From the sequence record SRR22947727_447: 64,000 nt of DNA; one strand, written 5' to 3'. This document shows, in pieces, positions 1 through 9,852 of this stretch; within the stretch, counting starts at the first letter, position 1; each line of letters starts with the position of its first letter. The notes under the pieces were generated by a model. That model saw nothing but the letters and a program-made list of their open reading frames with translations, did no database searches and had not been told where the DNA came from. The position numbers and the translations under genes were made by a program.

Positions 1-1053
1 TCTAACAGCAAGTCTTCTATTACTTATGATACCACTACTGCTTTCATTGCTAGCATTGAAAAAAAGACAGTAGCCACGGGTAAGGTTGTACCTGAAGATG
101 AGGTAGCGATTAAACCTCAAATTTCTGGAATTATAGATGTAATTTATCTAGAAGAAGGTGCCAAGGTAAAGGCAGGTGACCTCATTGCAAAAGTAAAAGT
201 AGTTCCTAACGAACAATCATTAAATTCAGCCCAAGGGCGTGTAAAGAATTCTAAAATTTCTTTAGATAACGTGACCATTGAGTTTAAGAGGAATAAAGAA
301 TTATTCGAAAAAGGCGTGATTTCTTCTCAAGATTTTAATACACAGAAATTGAGAATGGACCAGGCTACCCTTGAACTAGAAAATGCCAAAGCAGATTTTG
401 AAATTATTAAATTAGGTTCTGCAGGTGGTTCCGCTACAGCGAACACAAATGTAAGGGCTACTGTTTCAGGAACTATTTTAGAGATTCCGGTAAAAGAGGG
501 AGATCAAGTGATTCAGCCAGGAGGTTTTAATGACGGTACTACTATTGCAACCATTGCTGATTTGAGTATCATGATTTTTGAAGGTAAAGTAGATGAAGGC
601 GAAGTAGGTAAATTAGCGGTGGGAATGCCATTAGAAATTAGCTTAGGCGCCATTGAAGACAAAACTTTTGAAGCGCGTTTAAAATTTATTGCACCTAAAG
701 GGGTGGAAGAAGCAGGAACGGTTCAATTTAAAATTGAAGGAGATGTTAAAGTAGAAGATGACTTTTTAATTAGAGCGGGTTACAGCGCTAATGCTTCATT
801 AATTCTAGAGCGCAAAGAAGATATTTTGGTAATTTCTGAGGCTTTATTGCAGTTCGACAGAGATACAGACAAGCCTTTTGTTGAAGTGTCTATTGGAGAG
901 CAAGAGTTTGAAAGAAGGGATGTAGAAATTGGTATTTCTGACGGTATTAATGTAGAGGTGCTTTCTGGAGTTACAGAAGAAGACAATATTAAGATTTGGA
1001 ACAAAACAGAGCCTATTAAAAAGGGAACTGACGAAGAGAAGGAAGAAGCGTAA
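1..1053 (+). CDS. Efflux RND/ABC transporter periplasmic adaptor (membrane fusion protein), 5' truncated by window edge
   Basis: Frame is open from base 1 (…ATGKVVPEDEVAIKPQISGII…); lipoyl-like halves (VRATVSGTILEIPVKEGDQV) flank a helical hairpin; lies directly upstream of a TolC gene. Confidence 0.9.
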   Translation, partial: SNSKSSITYDTTTAFIASIEKKTVATGKVVPEDEVAIKPQISGIIDVIYLEEGAKVKAGDLIAKVKVVPNEQSLNSAQGRVKNSKISLDNVTIEFKRNKELFEKGVISSQDFNTQKLRMDQATLELENAKADFEIIKLGSAGGSATANTNVRATVSGTILEIPVKEGDQVIQPGGFNDGTTIATIADLSIMIFEGKVDEGEVGKLAVGMPLEISLGAIEDKTFEARLKFIAPKGVEEAGTVQFKIEGDVKVEDDFLIRAGYSANASLILERKEDILVISEALLQFDRDTDKPFVEVSIGEQEFERRDVEIGISDGINVEVLSGVTEEDNIKIWNKTEPIKKGTDEEKEEA

Positions 1054-1092
1054 TAATCAATAGGAGGAATATCTTCTTTTAAAATATATCTT

Positions 1093-2433
1093 ATGAAATT
1101 AAAATTAGCATTAGTAGTATTGGGACTTTTCTCGGCCATGGGTATGGCCCAGAAGAGGGCTTGGACGCTAGAAGAATGTGTGTTATACGCAGAGGAAAAT
1201 AACTTGAGTATTGCGCAGTTTGAATTGGATTATGAAACAGCACTTATTGCAAATTCGGACGCTATTGGCGCTTTACTCCCGAGTTTTAATACTTCTATAA
1301 GCAGTTCAGGGAATACAGGTTTGGCATTAGACCCAACCACCAACACCTTAGTGACAAGTACTATTTTTTCTGCTTCAGGAAATGTAGGATCTGGAATCAC
1401 TTTATTTGATGGTTTAAGAAACATACACAGAATCAATAGGGCCAAATTATCTAGTTTGGCAAGCGAGTTTAGATTGGAGAATTTAAAAGACGACATTCGT
1501 CTTGCCGTAGCCAATTCTTATTTACAAGTATTGTCTGGAAAAGAATCTACCAAGGTAGCTCAAGCACAGCTGGAGGTTTCTATGAAAGATTTAGAGCGCA
1601 CAAGGGCCCTAAGTGCTTCTGGAGTTGTTCCCCAAGGAGATGTTTTAGAAATAGAAGCTACAGTTGCAGCACAAGAGCAACAGCTGGTGATTGCTCAAAA
1701 TAATGTGATTATTGCCAGAATCGCTTTGGCTCAGCTATTGCAGATCACGGATTATGTGAATTTTGATATTGCTGAAGAAGATTTTTTACTTCCTAACAGC
1801 CGTATTTTAGATCAGTCTCCAAAAGATATTTTTGAAAAAGCACTGACCTTCAGAAATGATATTAAGCTTTCTAGGACGAATGTGGACATTGCCAATAAAG
1901 ATTTACAAATATCTAAAGGGGCTAGATATCCTACTTTAAACGGTTTTTTTAACTACAACACAAGATATTCAGATCAAAACATAAATCCTTTTACAGGAGA
2001 TTTAGTGGCTTTTAAAGACCAGTTATGGATTAATGATGGTGTTTCTTATGGTGTCTCAGTTAATATTCCAGTTTTTAATGGTTTTTCCGTGAAAAACAAC
2101 ATCAAGAGATCTAAAATTAACCTCATGAGAACTGAATTGCAGTTTGCACAAGATAAATTGACTTTAGAATCTAATATTAACCAGGCTTATGCAGATGTGA
2201 ATGGTACTTTAAAGTCATTCGAAGCAGCCCAAAAAACTTTAGAGGCTAGAAAATTGGCTTTTCAATATACCAAAGAGCGTTTTGATGTAGGCCTTCTAGA
2301 TGCTTTTAATTTTTCTCAAGCACAATCTAGGGTAGACAATGCTCAAGCAAGCCTTATTTCAGCGAAATACAATTATATTTTTAGGCTTAAGGTCTTAGAA
2401 TTTTATTTTGGAATACCTTTAGCGATTAATTAA
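1093..2433 (+). CDS. TolC family outer membrane efflux protein
   Basis: Signal peptide, WTLEECVLYA..NN start, duplicated OEP repeats, C-terminal YNYIFRLKVLEFYFG. Confidence 0.92.
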   Translation: MKLKLALVVLGLFSAMGMAQKRAWTLEECVLYAEENNLSIAQFELDYETALIANSDAIGALLPSFNTSISSSGNTGLALDPTTNTLVTSTIFSASGNVGSGITLFDGLRNIHRINRAKLSSLASEFRLENLKDDIRLAVANSYLQVLSGKESTKVAQAQLEVSMKDLERTRALSASGVVPQGDVLEIEATVAAQEQQLVIAQNNVIIARIALAQLLQITDYVNFDIAEEDFLLPNSRILDQSPKDIFEKALTFRNDIKLSRTNVDIANKDLQISKGARYPTLNGFFNYNTRYSDQNINPFTGDLVAFKDQLWINDGVSYGVSVNIPVFNGFSVKNNIKRSKINLMRTELQFAQDKLTLESNINQAYADVNGTLKSFEAAQKTLEARKLAFQYTKERFDVGLLDAFNFSQAQSRVDNAQASLISAKYNYIFRLKVLEFYFGIPLAIN

Positions 2434-2443
2434 AAACTAAAGA

Positions 2444-3118
2444 ATGATCCTAAATATTGAAACAGCAACCACCAATTGTTCTGTGTCTATAGCACATGAG
2501 GGATTGGTGGTTTCTTTTAAAGAGCTAGCAGAAGCGAATTATTCCCATGCGGAGCAATTACACGTATTTATTCAAGAAGTACTTAAAGAAGCTAAGATCA
2601 GTCTGTCTGATTTAAGGGCCATAGCGGTAAGTAAAGGACCAGGGTCTTATACTGGACTTCGTATTGGTGTTTCTGCAGCAAAAGGACTTTGCTATGCTTT
2701 AAACCTTCCGTTAATATCGGTGCCTACCCTAAAAAGTTTATCACTCCAATGTCAGCTTAAAGCAGGAGAAGTTGTAGTGCCTATGTTAGATGCTAGGCGC
2801 ATGGAGGTCTATATGACTGCTTTTGATCATAAAGGAAATGAGATACGCCCAACTGAGGCGAAAATTCTAGTGGAAAATTCACTGTCTGAATGGACCGCAT
2901 CTTACACTAAAGTATATTTCATTGGAAGCGGTGCTCAAAAAGCTTATGAGGTCCACAATCAGTCCAATATTTCAGTTTTAGATACGCTTCCCTCCGCTAA
3001 AGAAATGTCTGGCCTTTCTTACCAAAAATATGTTTCTGAACACTTTGAAGACGTGGCTTACTTTGAACCGTATTATCTCAAAGATTTTATGGGACCGCTA
3101 CCAAAGAAAAAGCAGTAA
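2444..3118 (+). CDS. tsaB: tRNA t6A37 threonylcarbamoyltransferase complex subunit TsaB
   Basis: ILNIETAT, HAEQL, GPGSYTGLRIG, DARRMEVY and EPYYLK motifs. Confidence 0.95.
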   Translation: MILNIETATTNCSVSIAHEGLVVSFKELAEANYSHAEQLHVFIQEVLKEAKISLSDLRAIAVSKGPGSYTGLRIGVSAAKGLCYALNLPLISVPTLKSLSLQCQLKAGEVVVPMLDARRMEVYMTAFDHKGNEIRPTEAKILVENSLSEWTASYTKVYFIGSGAQKAYEVHNQSNISVLDTLPSAKEMSGLSYQKYVSEHFEDVAYFEPYYLKDFMGPLPKKKQ

Positions 3119-3127
3119 TCACTTCAA

Positions 3128-3973
3128 TTATTTGTTTCCAAGGGTGTGAATGACCCTTTGAGGGAACGGAATTTCAATTCCAGCAGCGTCAAATTCAATT
3201 TTTAAAGTTTCCATTACATGGAAATGTGCGTCCCAAAAATCTTCATTTTTGGCCCAAAACCGCAAACTTAATTCCACAGCACTGTCTGCTAAATTGCCCA
3301 CATATACAACTGGTGCAGGATCTTTCAATATACCTTGATGGGTATCACAAATACGCAGCAAAATATCTTTAGCGTCTTTTATATTTGAATTGTATGAAAT
3401 GCCTACCGTAATTTTATCTCTTCTGGTCTCTTCAATATTATAATTCACAATGGTGTGGTTGGAGAGATTTCCATTGGGAATTATTGCCGCCTGATTGCCA
3501 AAAGTATTAATTTTAGTAGTGAAAATAGAAATGTCTTTTACCGTACCAGACACCCCTTGGGCTTCTATCCAGTCACCTACTTTAAATGGTTTAAAGATCA
3601 GAATGAGAACACCCCCAGCAAAATTAGCTAATGAACCCTGAAGTGCCAGCCCTATGGCCAAACCTGCGGCGCCAACAACTGCGACGAGTGAAGAAGATTT
3701 AACCCCTAATTGGGTTATAACCAAAACAAATAAAATTCCCTTTAAAGAGATATTTATAAAGCTCTGAAGAAAACTCTCTAAGGTGAGATCATAGTCTTTT
3801 TTAAGAAAAAACCGGTGTACCATTCTGTTGATGAATCGTACTACCCAAAGGCCAATAATGAAAATGAGCACTGCTTTCAAAAGGCTGGGTAACATGTCTA
3901 AAGCCATTGCATAGGCCTCTTCCATTAGCTTTACATATTGCTTTACTTCTACGTATTCTTTAATCTGATTCAT
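3128..3973 (-). CDS. mscS: Small-conductance mechanosensitive channel (MscS family)
   Basis: GAAGLAIGLALQGSLANFAGG TM3 motif, PFKVGDWI, C-terminal GIEIPFPQR. Confidence 0.92.
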   Translation of the reverse strand: MNQIKEYVEVKQYVKLMEEAYAMALDMLPSLLKAVLIFIIGLWVVRFINRMVHRFFLKKDYDLTLESFLQSFINISLKGILFVLVITQLGVKSSSLVAVVGAAGLAIGLALQGSLANFAGGVLILIFKPFKVGDWIEAQGVSGTVKDISIFTTKINTFGNQAAIIPNGNLSNHTIVNYNIEETRRDKITVGISYNSNIKDAKDILLRICDTHQGILKDPAPVVYVGNLADSAVELSLRFWAKNEDFWDAHFHVMETLKIEFDAAGIEIPFPQRVIHTLGNK

Positions 3974-3984
3974 GGGGTTATATT

Positions 3985-4890
3985 TTATCCATTAATGGCA
4001 ATTACCTGCGCAACTTTGTCTCCCATCATATTTTTGAGCATATTTTCAATGCCATTTTTTAAGGTAAAGGTGCTGGAAGGACAGCCTGAACAAGCTCCTT
4101 GTAAAATAACATTGACCGTTTTACTGACTTCGTCATAGGAATCGAACATAATGTTTCCTCCATCACTGGCTACAGCAGGTTTTACATACTCTTCTAATAT
4201 ATCTACAATTTGTTTGCTAGTGTCGTCTAGGTTATCTGTGTGTAATAGGGTAGTAGGGGCTTTTTCTTTTTCCTTTTGAACGGTATTGGCACCTACTGAC
4301 TCTTGGCCACTCATTAAAAACAACCTTATTTTTTCCCTGAGTTCGTTGTTAATTTCCTCCCATTCTGCCACATCGTATTTGGTGACAGAAATGTAGTTTT
4401 GATCCATAAAAACTTCTTTTACAAAAGGCATAAGGAACAATTCTTTGGCCAATGGCGCATCCTTGGCTTCATCTATATTTTTGAATTCGAACAAAGCAGG
4501 AACAATAAGTTTATTGGCTACATACTTCATTACAGAAGGATTTGGCGTGCTTTCTGCATAAATAGTCACTGCTTGTGGCACTTTATTTGGATCTAGCGCG
4601 ACTACAGCTGCACCAGTATTTAAATAGTCTACCAATTGTTGTCCTAAACTGTCCTTAATGTCTTCCCATCCAACGATATCGTATTTTTCAATACCGATAA
4701 AATTACTAGAGATGTAGACTGTTTTAACAAATGGTAAATGAAATAGTTGCTGCGCTAATGGAGATTCCTTTGCTTGGTCTATATTTTGAAACTCATAATT
4801 TTTATCAGGAGAGATAAAATGGTTGGTTTCAAACTTCATAATGTTTGGATTATTTGTAGGAATAATCGTGATGTGATACTCTTTAGCCAT
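3985..4890 (-). CDS. NifU/Nfu family Fe-S cluster carrier with two Nfu_N domains
   Basis: Two (T)PNP..MKF/Y Nfu_N repeats plus C-terminal DGG..LQGACSGCPSS..TLKNGIE NifU-C domain. Confidence 0.92.
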   Translation of the reverse strand: MAKEYHITIIPTNNPNIMKFETNHFISPDKNYEFQNIDQAKESPLAQQLFHLPFVKTVYISSNFIGIEKYDIVGWEDIKDSLGQQLVDYLNTGAAVVALDPNKVPQAVTIYAESTPNPSVMKYVANKLIVPALFEFKNIDEAKDAPLAKELFLMPFVKEVFMDQNYISVTKYDVAEWEEINNELREKIRLFLMSGQESVGANTVQKEKEKAPTTLLHTDNLDDTSKQIVDILEEYVKPAVASDGGNIMFDSYDEVSKTVNVILQGACSGCPSSTFTLKNGIENMLKNMMGDKVAQVIAING

Positions 4891-4906
4891 GGCAAATTAA
4901 TTTTCA

Positions 4907-4914
4907 CAAAAGTA
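4907..4914 (-). promoter_or_regulatory. Bacteroidota sigma-A -7 element (TACTTTTG) for nfu-mscS
   Basis: Exact TAnnTTTG match 16 nt upstream of the start at 4890. Confidence 0.55.
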
Positions 4915-4970
4915 CAAAGGAAATCTAGGAATAGTTAAAAAAAAATGACCTCATTTAGTGGGGAACCCCT

Positions 4971-4978
4971 TATATTTG
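4971..4978 (+). promoter_or_regulatory. Bacteroidota -7 element (TATATTTG) for gamma-CA/fabD
   Basis: Exact TAnnTTTG match 18 nt upstream of the ATG at 4997. Confidence 0.55.
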
Positions 4979-4996
4979 ATCTTTAAATTTATTTAA

Positions 4997-5524
4997 ATGG
5001 CCCTTGTAAAGACATTAAATGGACACACACCAAGTTTTGGTGAAGACTGTTTTTTAGCAGAAAATGCCACTGTAATTGGTGAAGTTAGTATGGGAGATTT
5101 CTGTAGTATTTGGTATGGTGCTGTACTTAGAGGAGACGTTCACTTTATTCGTATGGGCAATCGTGTAAACATTCAAGATGGTGCAGTGATTCACTGTACC
5201 TACCAAAAAAGCCCCACCCAAATAGGAAACAATGTTTCTGTAGGCCATAAAGCCATTCTTCATGGATGTACTGTAGAGGACAGTGTACTGATTGGAATGG
5301 GGAGTATAGTCATGGATGATTGTGTGATTGGAACAGGTAGTATAATAGCTGCTGGTGCAGTGGTTACAAAAGGAACTATAGTGCCTCCAGGATCTATTTA
5401 TGCAGGCACACCAGCAAAATTCATTAAGAAAGTGGGCCCTGAATTGGCCAGTGGTGAAATTGAAAGAATAGCAAATAATTATATTACATACGCCCAATGG
5501 TATAAACCGTGGGATAAAATTTAA
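4997..5524 (+). CDS. Gamma carbonic anhydrase family (YrdA/PaaY-like) hexapeptide-repeat protein
   Basis: AVLRGDV, NIQDG..IH and VGH.AILHGC His ligands; left-handed beta-helix repeats. Confidence 0.92.
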   Translation: MALVKTLNGHTPSFGEDCFLAENATVIGEVSMGDFCSIWYGAVLRGDVHFIRMGNRVNIQDGAVIHCTYQKSPTQIGNNVSVGHKAILHGCTVEDSVLIGMGSIVMDDCVIGTGSIIAAGAVVTKGTIVPPGSIYAGTPAKFIKKVGPELASGEIERIANNYITYAQWYKPWDKI

Positions 5525-5528
5525 GAAT

Positions 5529-6410
5529 ATGAAAGCATATGTATTTCCGGGCCAAGGGGCTCAGTTTTCTGGAATGGGAAAAGATTTATACGACCAATTT
5601 CCTGCAGTAAAAGAAATGATGGCTGCCGCCAATTCTATTTTAGGTTTTGACATTACTAAAACCATGTTCGAAGGCAGTGCAGAAGACTTAAAGCAAACTC
5701 AAATTACGCAACCCGCTATTTTCCTTCATTCTGTGGCTATGGCAAAAGCTTTGGGGAGTGATTTCAAGCCTCAAATGGTCGCTGGACATTCGTTGGGAGA
5801 GTTTTCTGCCTTAGTAGCCAATGGGGTATTAGAATTTGAAGATGGGTTGCGCTTGGTGCATCAGCGAGCGTTAGCGATGCAAGACGCATGTGATAAAACC
5901 GCTGGAACCATGGCTGCTGTGCTTGGATTAGCAGATCATTTGGTGGAGGAAATCTGTGAAAACACCCCTGGTGTTGTTGTTGCAGCCAATTACAATTGTC
6001 CCGGACAATTGGTTATTTCAGGAGCGTTACAAGCGGTTGAAAAAGCCTGTGACTCTTTGAAAGAAGCGGGTGCAAGAAGGGCTTTGTTACTTCCTGTTGG
6101 TGGTGCTTTTCATTCCCCCTTAATGGAGCCTGCCAGAACTGCCTTGGCAGCGGCTATAGAGGCCACAACTTTTAGTGCTCCAGTCTGTCCTATTTATCAG
6201 AATGTTACTGCTAGTGCGGTAACAGATCCTGAAGAGATAAAGGCCCATTTAATTTCTCAGTTAACTGCTCCAGTGAAATGGACACAAAGTGTGCAGTCCA
6301 TGGTTGCAGATGGCGCCACTGAATTTATTGAATTAGGTCCTGGAAAAGTGTTGCAGGGTTTGGTAAAGAAAATTGCCTCAGAGGTTGGGACATCTGCACC
6401 AGTTTTTTAA
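5529..6410 (+). CDS. fabD: Malonyl-CoA:ACP transacylase
   Basis: FPGQGAQ, GHSLGE catalytic Ser, GAFHSPLM. Confidence 0.97.
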   Translation: MKAYVFPGQGAQFSGMGKDLYDQFPAVKEMMAAANSILGFDITKTMFEGSAEDLKQTQITQPAIFLHSVAMAKALGSDFKPQMVAGHSLGEFSALVANGVLEFEDGLRLVHQRALAMQDACDKTAGTMAAVLGLADHLVEEICENTPGVVVAANYNCPGQLVISGALQAVEKACDSLKEAGARRALLLPVGGAFHSPLMEPARTALAAAIEATTFSAPVCPIYQNVTASAVTDPEEIKAHLISQLTAPVKWTQSVQSMVADGATEFIELGPGKVLQGLVKKIASEVGTSAPVF

Positions 6411-6412
6411 AG

Positions 6413-7666
6413 CTACCAAAGCACCACATAACTGTAGTACAAAGCGAATAGGCTCAAGAAAACCATCCCAGTGTAGCTCAAAAGAATGAGCCATTTAGGT
6501 GCCTTAGATTCTTTAGGCATGTTTTTTTGGGTCACTACCTTATGGTTGAGAAGTCCTACAGCAGGCGCAAAAACAAAAGACACAAAAGTAGCTAAAGCCA
6601 CCAGGGTACCCATTTGACCTCCTGCCCACCAAATGACCAGAAAATTTAGTATGGCTAAGAGGATGATGAAGTATTCGTAGCGCCATTTGGTACTTTGGCT
6701 ATTCCCTAAAATTTTAATGGTATCTAAGCTTACCCTAGCTATGGCGTCGTGGGCGGTCATGCAAGTGCTAAACATGGTGGCAAAAGCGGCCAAAGCAATA
6801 AAGAAATAAGACCAGTCTCCCATGTGGATGGTGAACATTTGAATGAGTTGTTCTGCAAAGATGCTCGCGCTTGCGCTCATTTCTATCCCAGAACCATAGA
6901 GCGTAAACCAACCAATAATTAAAAAGAATACTGCTAGAATTGCAGTGAGTACATAGCCCAAATTAAACTCAGTCAAGGTGTCTTTTAGGTTGCTTTCTGA
7001 AGTAATGTGCTTCTCTTCTTGGTTTTTTTTATCCTTTTCAAGGCGCCAAAGACTGACCCAGCTGGAAGCCTCCACTGCGGTTGGCATCCAGCCCATTAAG
7101 CCAATCATGAACAGCAGTCCAATTTCATTAAATAATGGCTGTGGGCTAAAATTTGGTAGCTGTTCAATAGGTCCTTTAAACAATACGGTTGTAGTTGTTA
7201 TTATTAAAGCTACTGTTAAGAGGGCTAAAAGAATTTTGACAATTCCTTCTAGTGCTTTATATCTTCCAAGAATAAGTATTGTACTAATACCAATAAATAA
7301 ATATAACGCCAATACGGTATCTGACAAAAACAACCATGGAAAAAGCTGTTTCAATAAACCAGCAGTGACTATATAAAGCGCTGCCAACAAAGTAAATGCA
7401 CTCACTATGGTAATGAGTGTATACCCCCAAAGGTATTTTTTACCCATGTCTGCGTAGCCCTCCAAGAGTGATTTTTTAAAGGTGTGGGTGTAGCGCACCC
7501 CAAATTCAAAGAAGGGGTATTTTAATACATTCGCTATAATGATAGGGAAAATCATAATCCATCCGTATTGCGCACCTGCTTTGGTAGACAATACCAGGTG
7601 AGAAGTCCCTATGGACATGCTCGCGAATAATAGTCCTGGTCCTAATTGAGAAAGAATTTTTCGCAT
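6413..7666 (-). CDS. NRAMP/MntH-related divalent metal transporter (APC superfamily), divergent subgroup
   Basis: About 11 hydrophobic segments; GPGLLFASMSIGTSHLV..TKAGAQYG and KYPFFEFG.RY motifs; canonical DPGN motif absent. Confidence 0.75.
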   Translation of the reverse strand: MRKILSQLGPGLLFASMSIGTSHLVLSTKAGAQYGWIMIFPIIIANVLKYPFFEFGVRYTHTFKKSLLEGYADMGKKYLWGYTLITIVSAFTLLAALYIVTAGLLKQLFPWLFLSDTVLALYLFIGISTILILGRYKALEGIVKILLALLTVALIITTTTVLFKGPIEQLPNFSPQPLFNEIGLLFMIGLMGWMPTAVEASSWVSLWRLEKDKKNQEEKHITSESNLKDTLTEFNLGYVLTAILAVFFLIIGWFTLYGSGIEMSASASIFAEQLIQMFTIHMGDWSYFFIALAAFATMFSTCMTAHDAIARVSLDTIKILGNSQSTKWRYEYFIILLAILNFLVIWWAGGQMGTLVALATFVSFVFAPAVGLLNHKVVTQKNMPKESKAPKWLILLSYTGMVFLSLFALYYSYVVLW

Positions 7667-7732
7667 AGATTAAATGGCATTTAGCAGGTCATTCACTGCA
7701 TCTAATCTAAATGTAATACAATTTAGGGTGTA

Positions 7733-8665
7733 TTAAAAACTTTCGTCTGAATCTAATGAAGTGGCTTGTTTTGGCGTGTTGGAAAATTTAAAGCGTACAA
7801 ACAACTCATGGTTGTTCTCTTTTAAAGCAATATGGCTACTCCTATTACTAAATTCATAGGCATACCCCAAATCCAAAAAGCGCATGCCTTTAAATATAAA
7901 CATGCCCCCAAAGTAATCGTTATTCATTTTTGAGATCCCAACACCAACTTTATCTTTTAATTCGAGCATGAGTTGTAAGTTGTAGAAATTAGGTGCGTCT
8001 GAAACACCCCTATAAAGTATGGCAGGCTTTAAGGCAAAATTGCGGCCTAGTGCTAAAGTACCCCCTGTACTTAAGTAAAGATTAGGCCTATCTGTAGCGG
8101 TAGTGACTAAGCCCTCGTTTTCTTTGTATCTCTTGCTGTTAAGTAAATTTGGAACTCCTGCAGATAAAAAGAAATTAGGGTTGTCTAAATGCACGCCTAC
8201 ACCTAAAAGTGGGTTGCTGTAATTTCTCACTGCGTCTAATGCATTGTTGCTGCTGTTGGTTAATCTGTTCAGCCTCTCCTTGTCAATACTTTTAAAATAA
8301 GCGCCACCTTTTAGGCCTAAATATAATTTGCTGTTTTCTGAAAGTTCCAGTCTGTAATTGTAATCAATAGCCACTACACCTTGTTTCTCTATAAAAACTT
8401 TGTCATTTTGAAAGCTCAAGCCCCAGGCCGCTTTATTTATAAAATTACTCTGGTAAGAAAATGATTGTAACACGGGAGCGTCTGTTATTCCCGCCCATTG
8501 GGTTCGGTTGTTAACTGTGGCTACTTGTCCATATGTCCCTGTGTATGCAGGATTGTAGAACATGGCATTTTCATTAAAGAAAAGCATGGTGGGTTGTTCT
8601 TGACTAAAGGCAAAGCCACATATAGCCAAAAGTAAATAAACCAAGGTGTATTTAGTGGTTTTCAT
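7733..8665 (-). CDS. Type IX secretion system PorP/SprF family outer membrane protein
   Basis: Signal peptide, NPAYTG, R.QWAGI.DAP, GYAYE and HELFVRFKF beta-barrel end. Confidence 0.9.
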   Translation of the reverse strand: MKTTKYTLVYLLLAICGFAFSQEQPTMLFFNENAMFYNPAYTGTYGQVATVNNRTQWAGITDAPVLQSFSYQSNFINKAAWGLSFQNDKVFIEKQGVVAIDYNYRLELSENSKLYLGLKGGAYFKSIDKERLNRLTNSSNNALDAVRNYSNPLLGVGVHLDNPNFFLSAGVPNLLNSKRYKENEGLVTTATDRPNLYLSTGGTLALGRNFALKPAILYRGVSDAPNFYNLQLMLELKDKVGVGISKMNNDYFGGMFIFKGMRFLDLGYAYEFSNRSSHIALKENNHELFVRFKFSNTPKQATSLDSDESF

Positions 8666-8775
8666 TTAAGGGATGGATTAGGTCATCCCCAATGTAGAAC
8701 TATTAATGTTTAAATAAAATAAATATAAATTGCTCCTTAAATAGGGTTCTTGTTTTTGGAGAAGTTTTAAGCTAT

Positions 8776-9852
8776 TTAGGTCTTGGAGAGAATGTGCTCT
8801 GTAATTAAATCCCCATGTGCTCTAGAATTTTCAATAAACCATTTATGCGTTTCTAATCCGCCACATATTACACCTGCTAAATACAAGCCAGGCACATTGG
8901 TTTCCATAGTTTTTGGATCATGAGAAGGAATCTTGGCTGCTCCTTCTAGCGTTATCCCCAATTGGGAAATGAAAGGAAGATTTGGTCTGTAGCCAGTCAG
9001 CGCAAGTACAAAGTCGTTTTCGATGGTATTTAAAATACCGTCCTGAGTAAAAGAAAGGCTATTTTTCGCTATTTCTGTCACAGATGCATTGTAATATACC
9101 CCTATATCGCCCTCTTTAATTCTATTCATAATATCTGGTCTCACCCAATACTTTACCCTAGGGCCCACTTCAGGGCCTCTAATGATTAAAGTCACCTGAG
9201 CTCCCTTTCTGTAGCAGGCCAAAGCTGCATCTATGGCAGAGTTACTAGCGCCTATGACTGCCAACTTTTGACCAGAATAGTAATGGGCCTCTTTAAAGTA
9301 ATGGCTTACTTTTGGTAATTCTTCTCCAGGAACTTTTAGTGCTTCTGCCAAATCAAAAAAGCCGGTAGCAATGGTCACATTTTTAGTGAAGTAAGTTGCT
9401 TTTGAGGTGTTGACCTGAAAAAGATCAGTGCCATCATTGTGTTTCAATCCTTCTTGATGCGCCGTTAGTTTTGTTGTTTTTTGTTTTATGAGCTGAATGT
9501 CTCCTACTGTTTCAAAGAGCTGTATGTTTAATTCAAAGTGATCAGATACTCTTCTGTAGTATTCTAAGGCCTCTTTCCTTCTTGGTTTTGCTTCAATAGA
9601 ATTAAAAGGAATGTCTTCTAACTCCAATTTTTCAGAGGAAGAAAAGAACTGCATGTCTAATGGGTAGTTGTATAGAGAATTGGTCATGCACCCTTTTTCC
9701 AGGACCAAGTAACTCAGTCCTTTTTTTTTGGCTTGAATTGCACATGATATGCCTATAGGTCCTGCCCCAATAATAATAAGATCTAGTGGGTGATTAGCGG
9801 TATTTAATGTCCCAGCATTTTGTGTTTTTTCAATGGAAGAATTATGACTCAT
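8776..9852 (-). CDS. ypdA: YpdA family putative bacillithiol disulfide reductase
   Basis: IIGAGPIG, NSLYNYP..M.FFSSSEKLE, VKYWVRPDI.NRI, FIENSR.HG. Confidence 0.88.
   Translation of the reverse strand: MSHNSSIEKTQNAGTLNTANHPLDLIIIGAGPIGISCAIQAKKKGLSYLVLEKGCMTNSLYNYPLDMQFFSSSEKLELEDIPFNSIEAKPRRKEALEYYRRVSDHFELNIQLFETVGDIQLIKQKTTKLTAHQEGLKHNDGTDLFQVNTSKATYFTKNVTIATGFFDLAEALKVPGEELPKVSHYFKEAHYYSGQKLAVIGASNSAIDAALACYRKGAQVTLIIRGPEVGPRVKYWVRPDIMNRIKEGDIGVYYNASVTEIAKNSLSFTQDGILNTIENDFVLALTGYRPNLPFISQLGITLEGAAKIPSHDPKTMETNVPGLYLAGVICGGLETHKWFIENSRAHGDLITEHILSKT

Noticed and set aside
7676..7705. Resemblance of GAUGCAGU…AUGACCUGCUA to a fluoride (crcB) riboswitch
   Set aside because: The P1 partner strand and P2 stem are missing and the element is too short; kept only as a generic structured leader
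8776..9852. Bacillithiol reductase in a Gram-negative organism as a novelty
   Set aside because: YpdA and bacillithiol-type thiol genes are already known to be widespread in Bacteroidota
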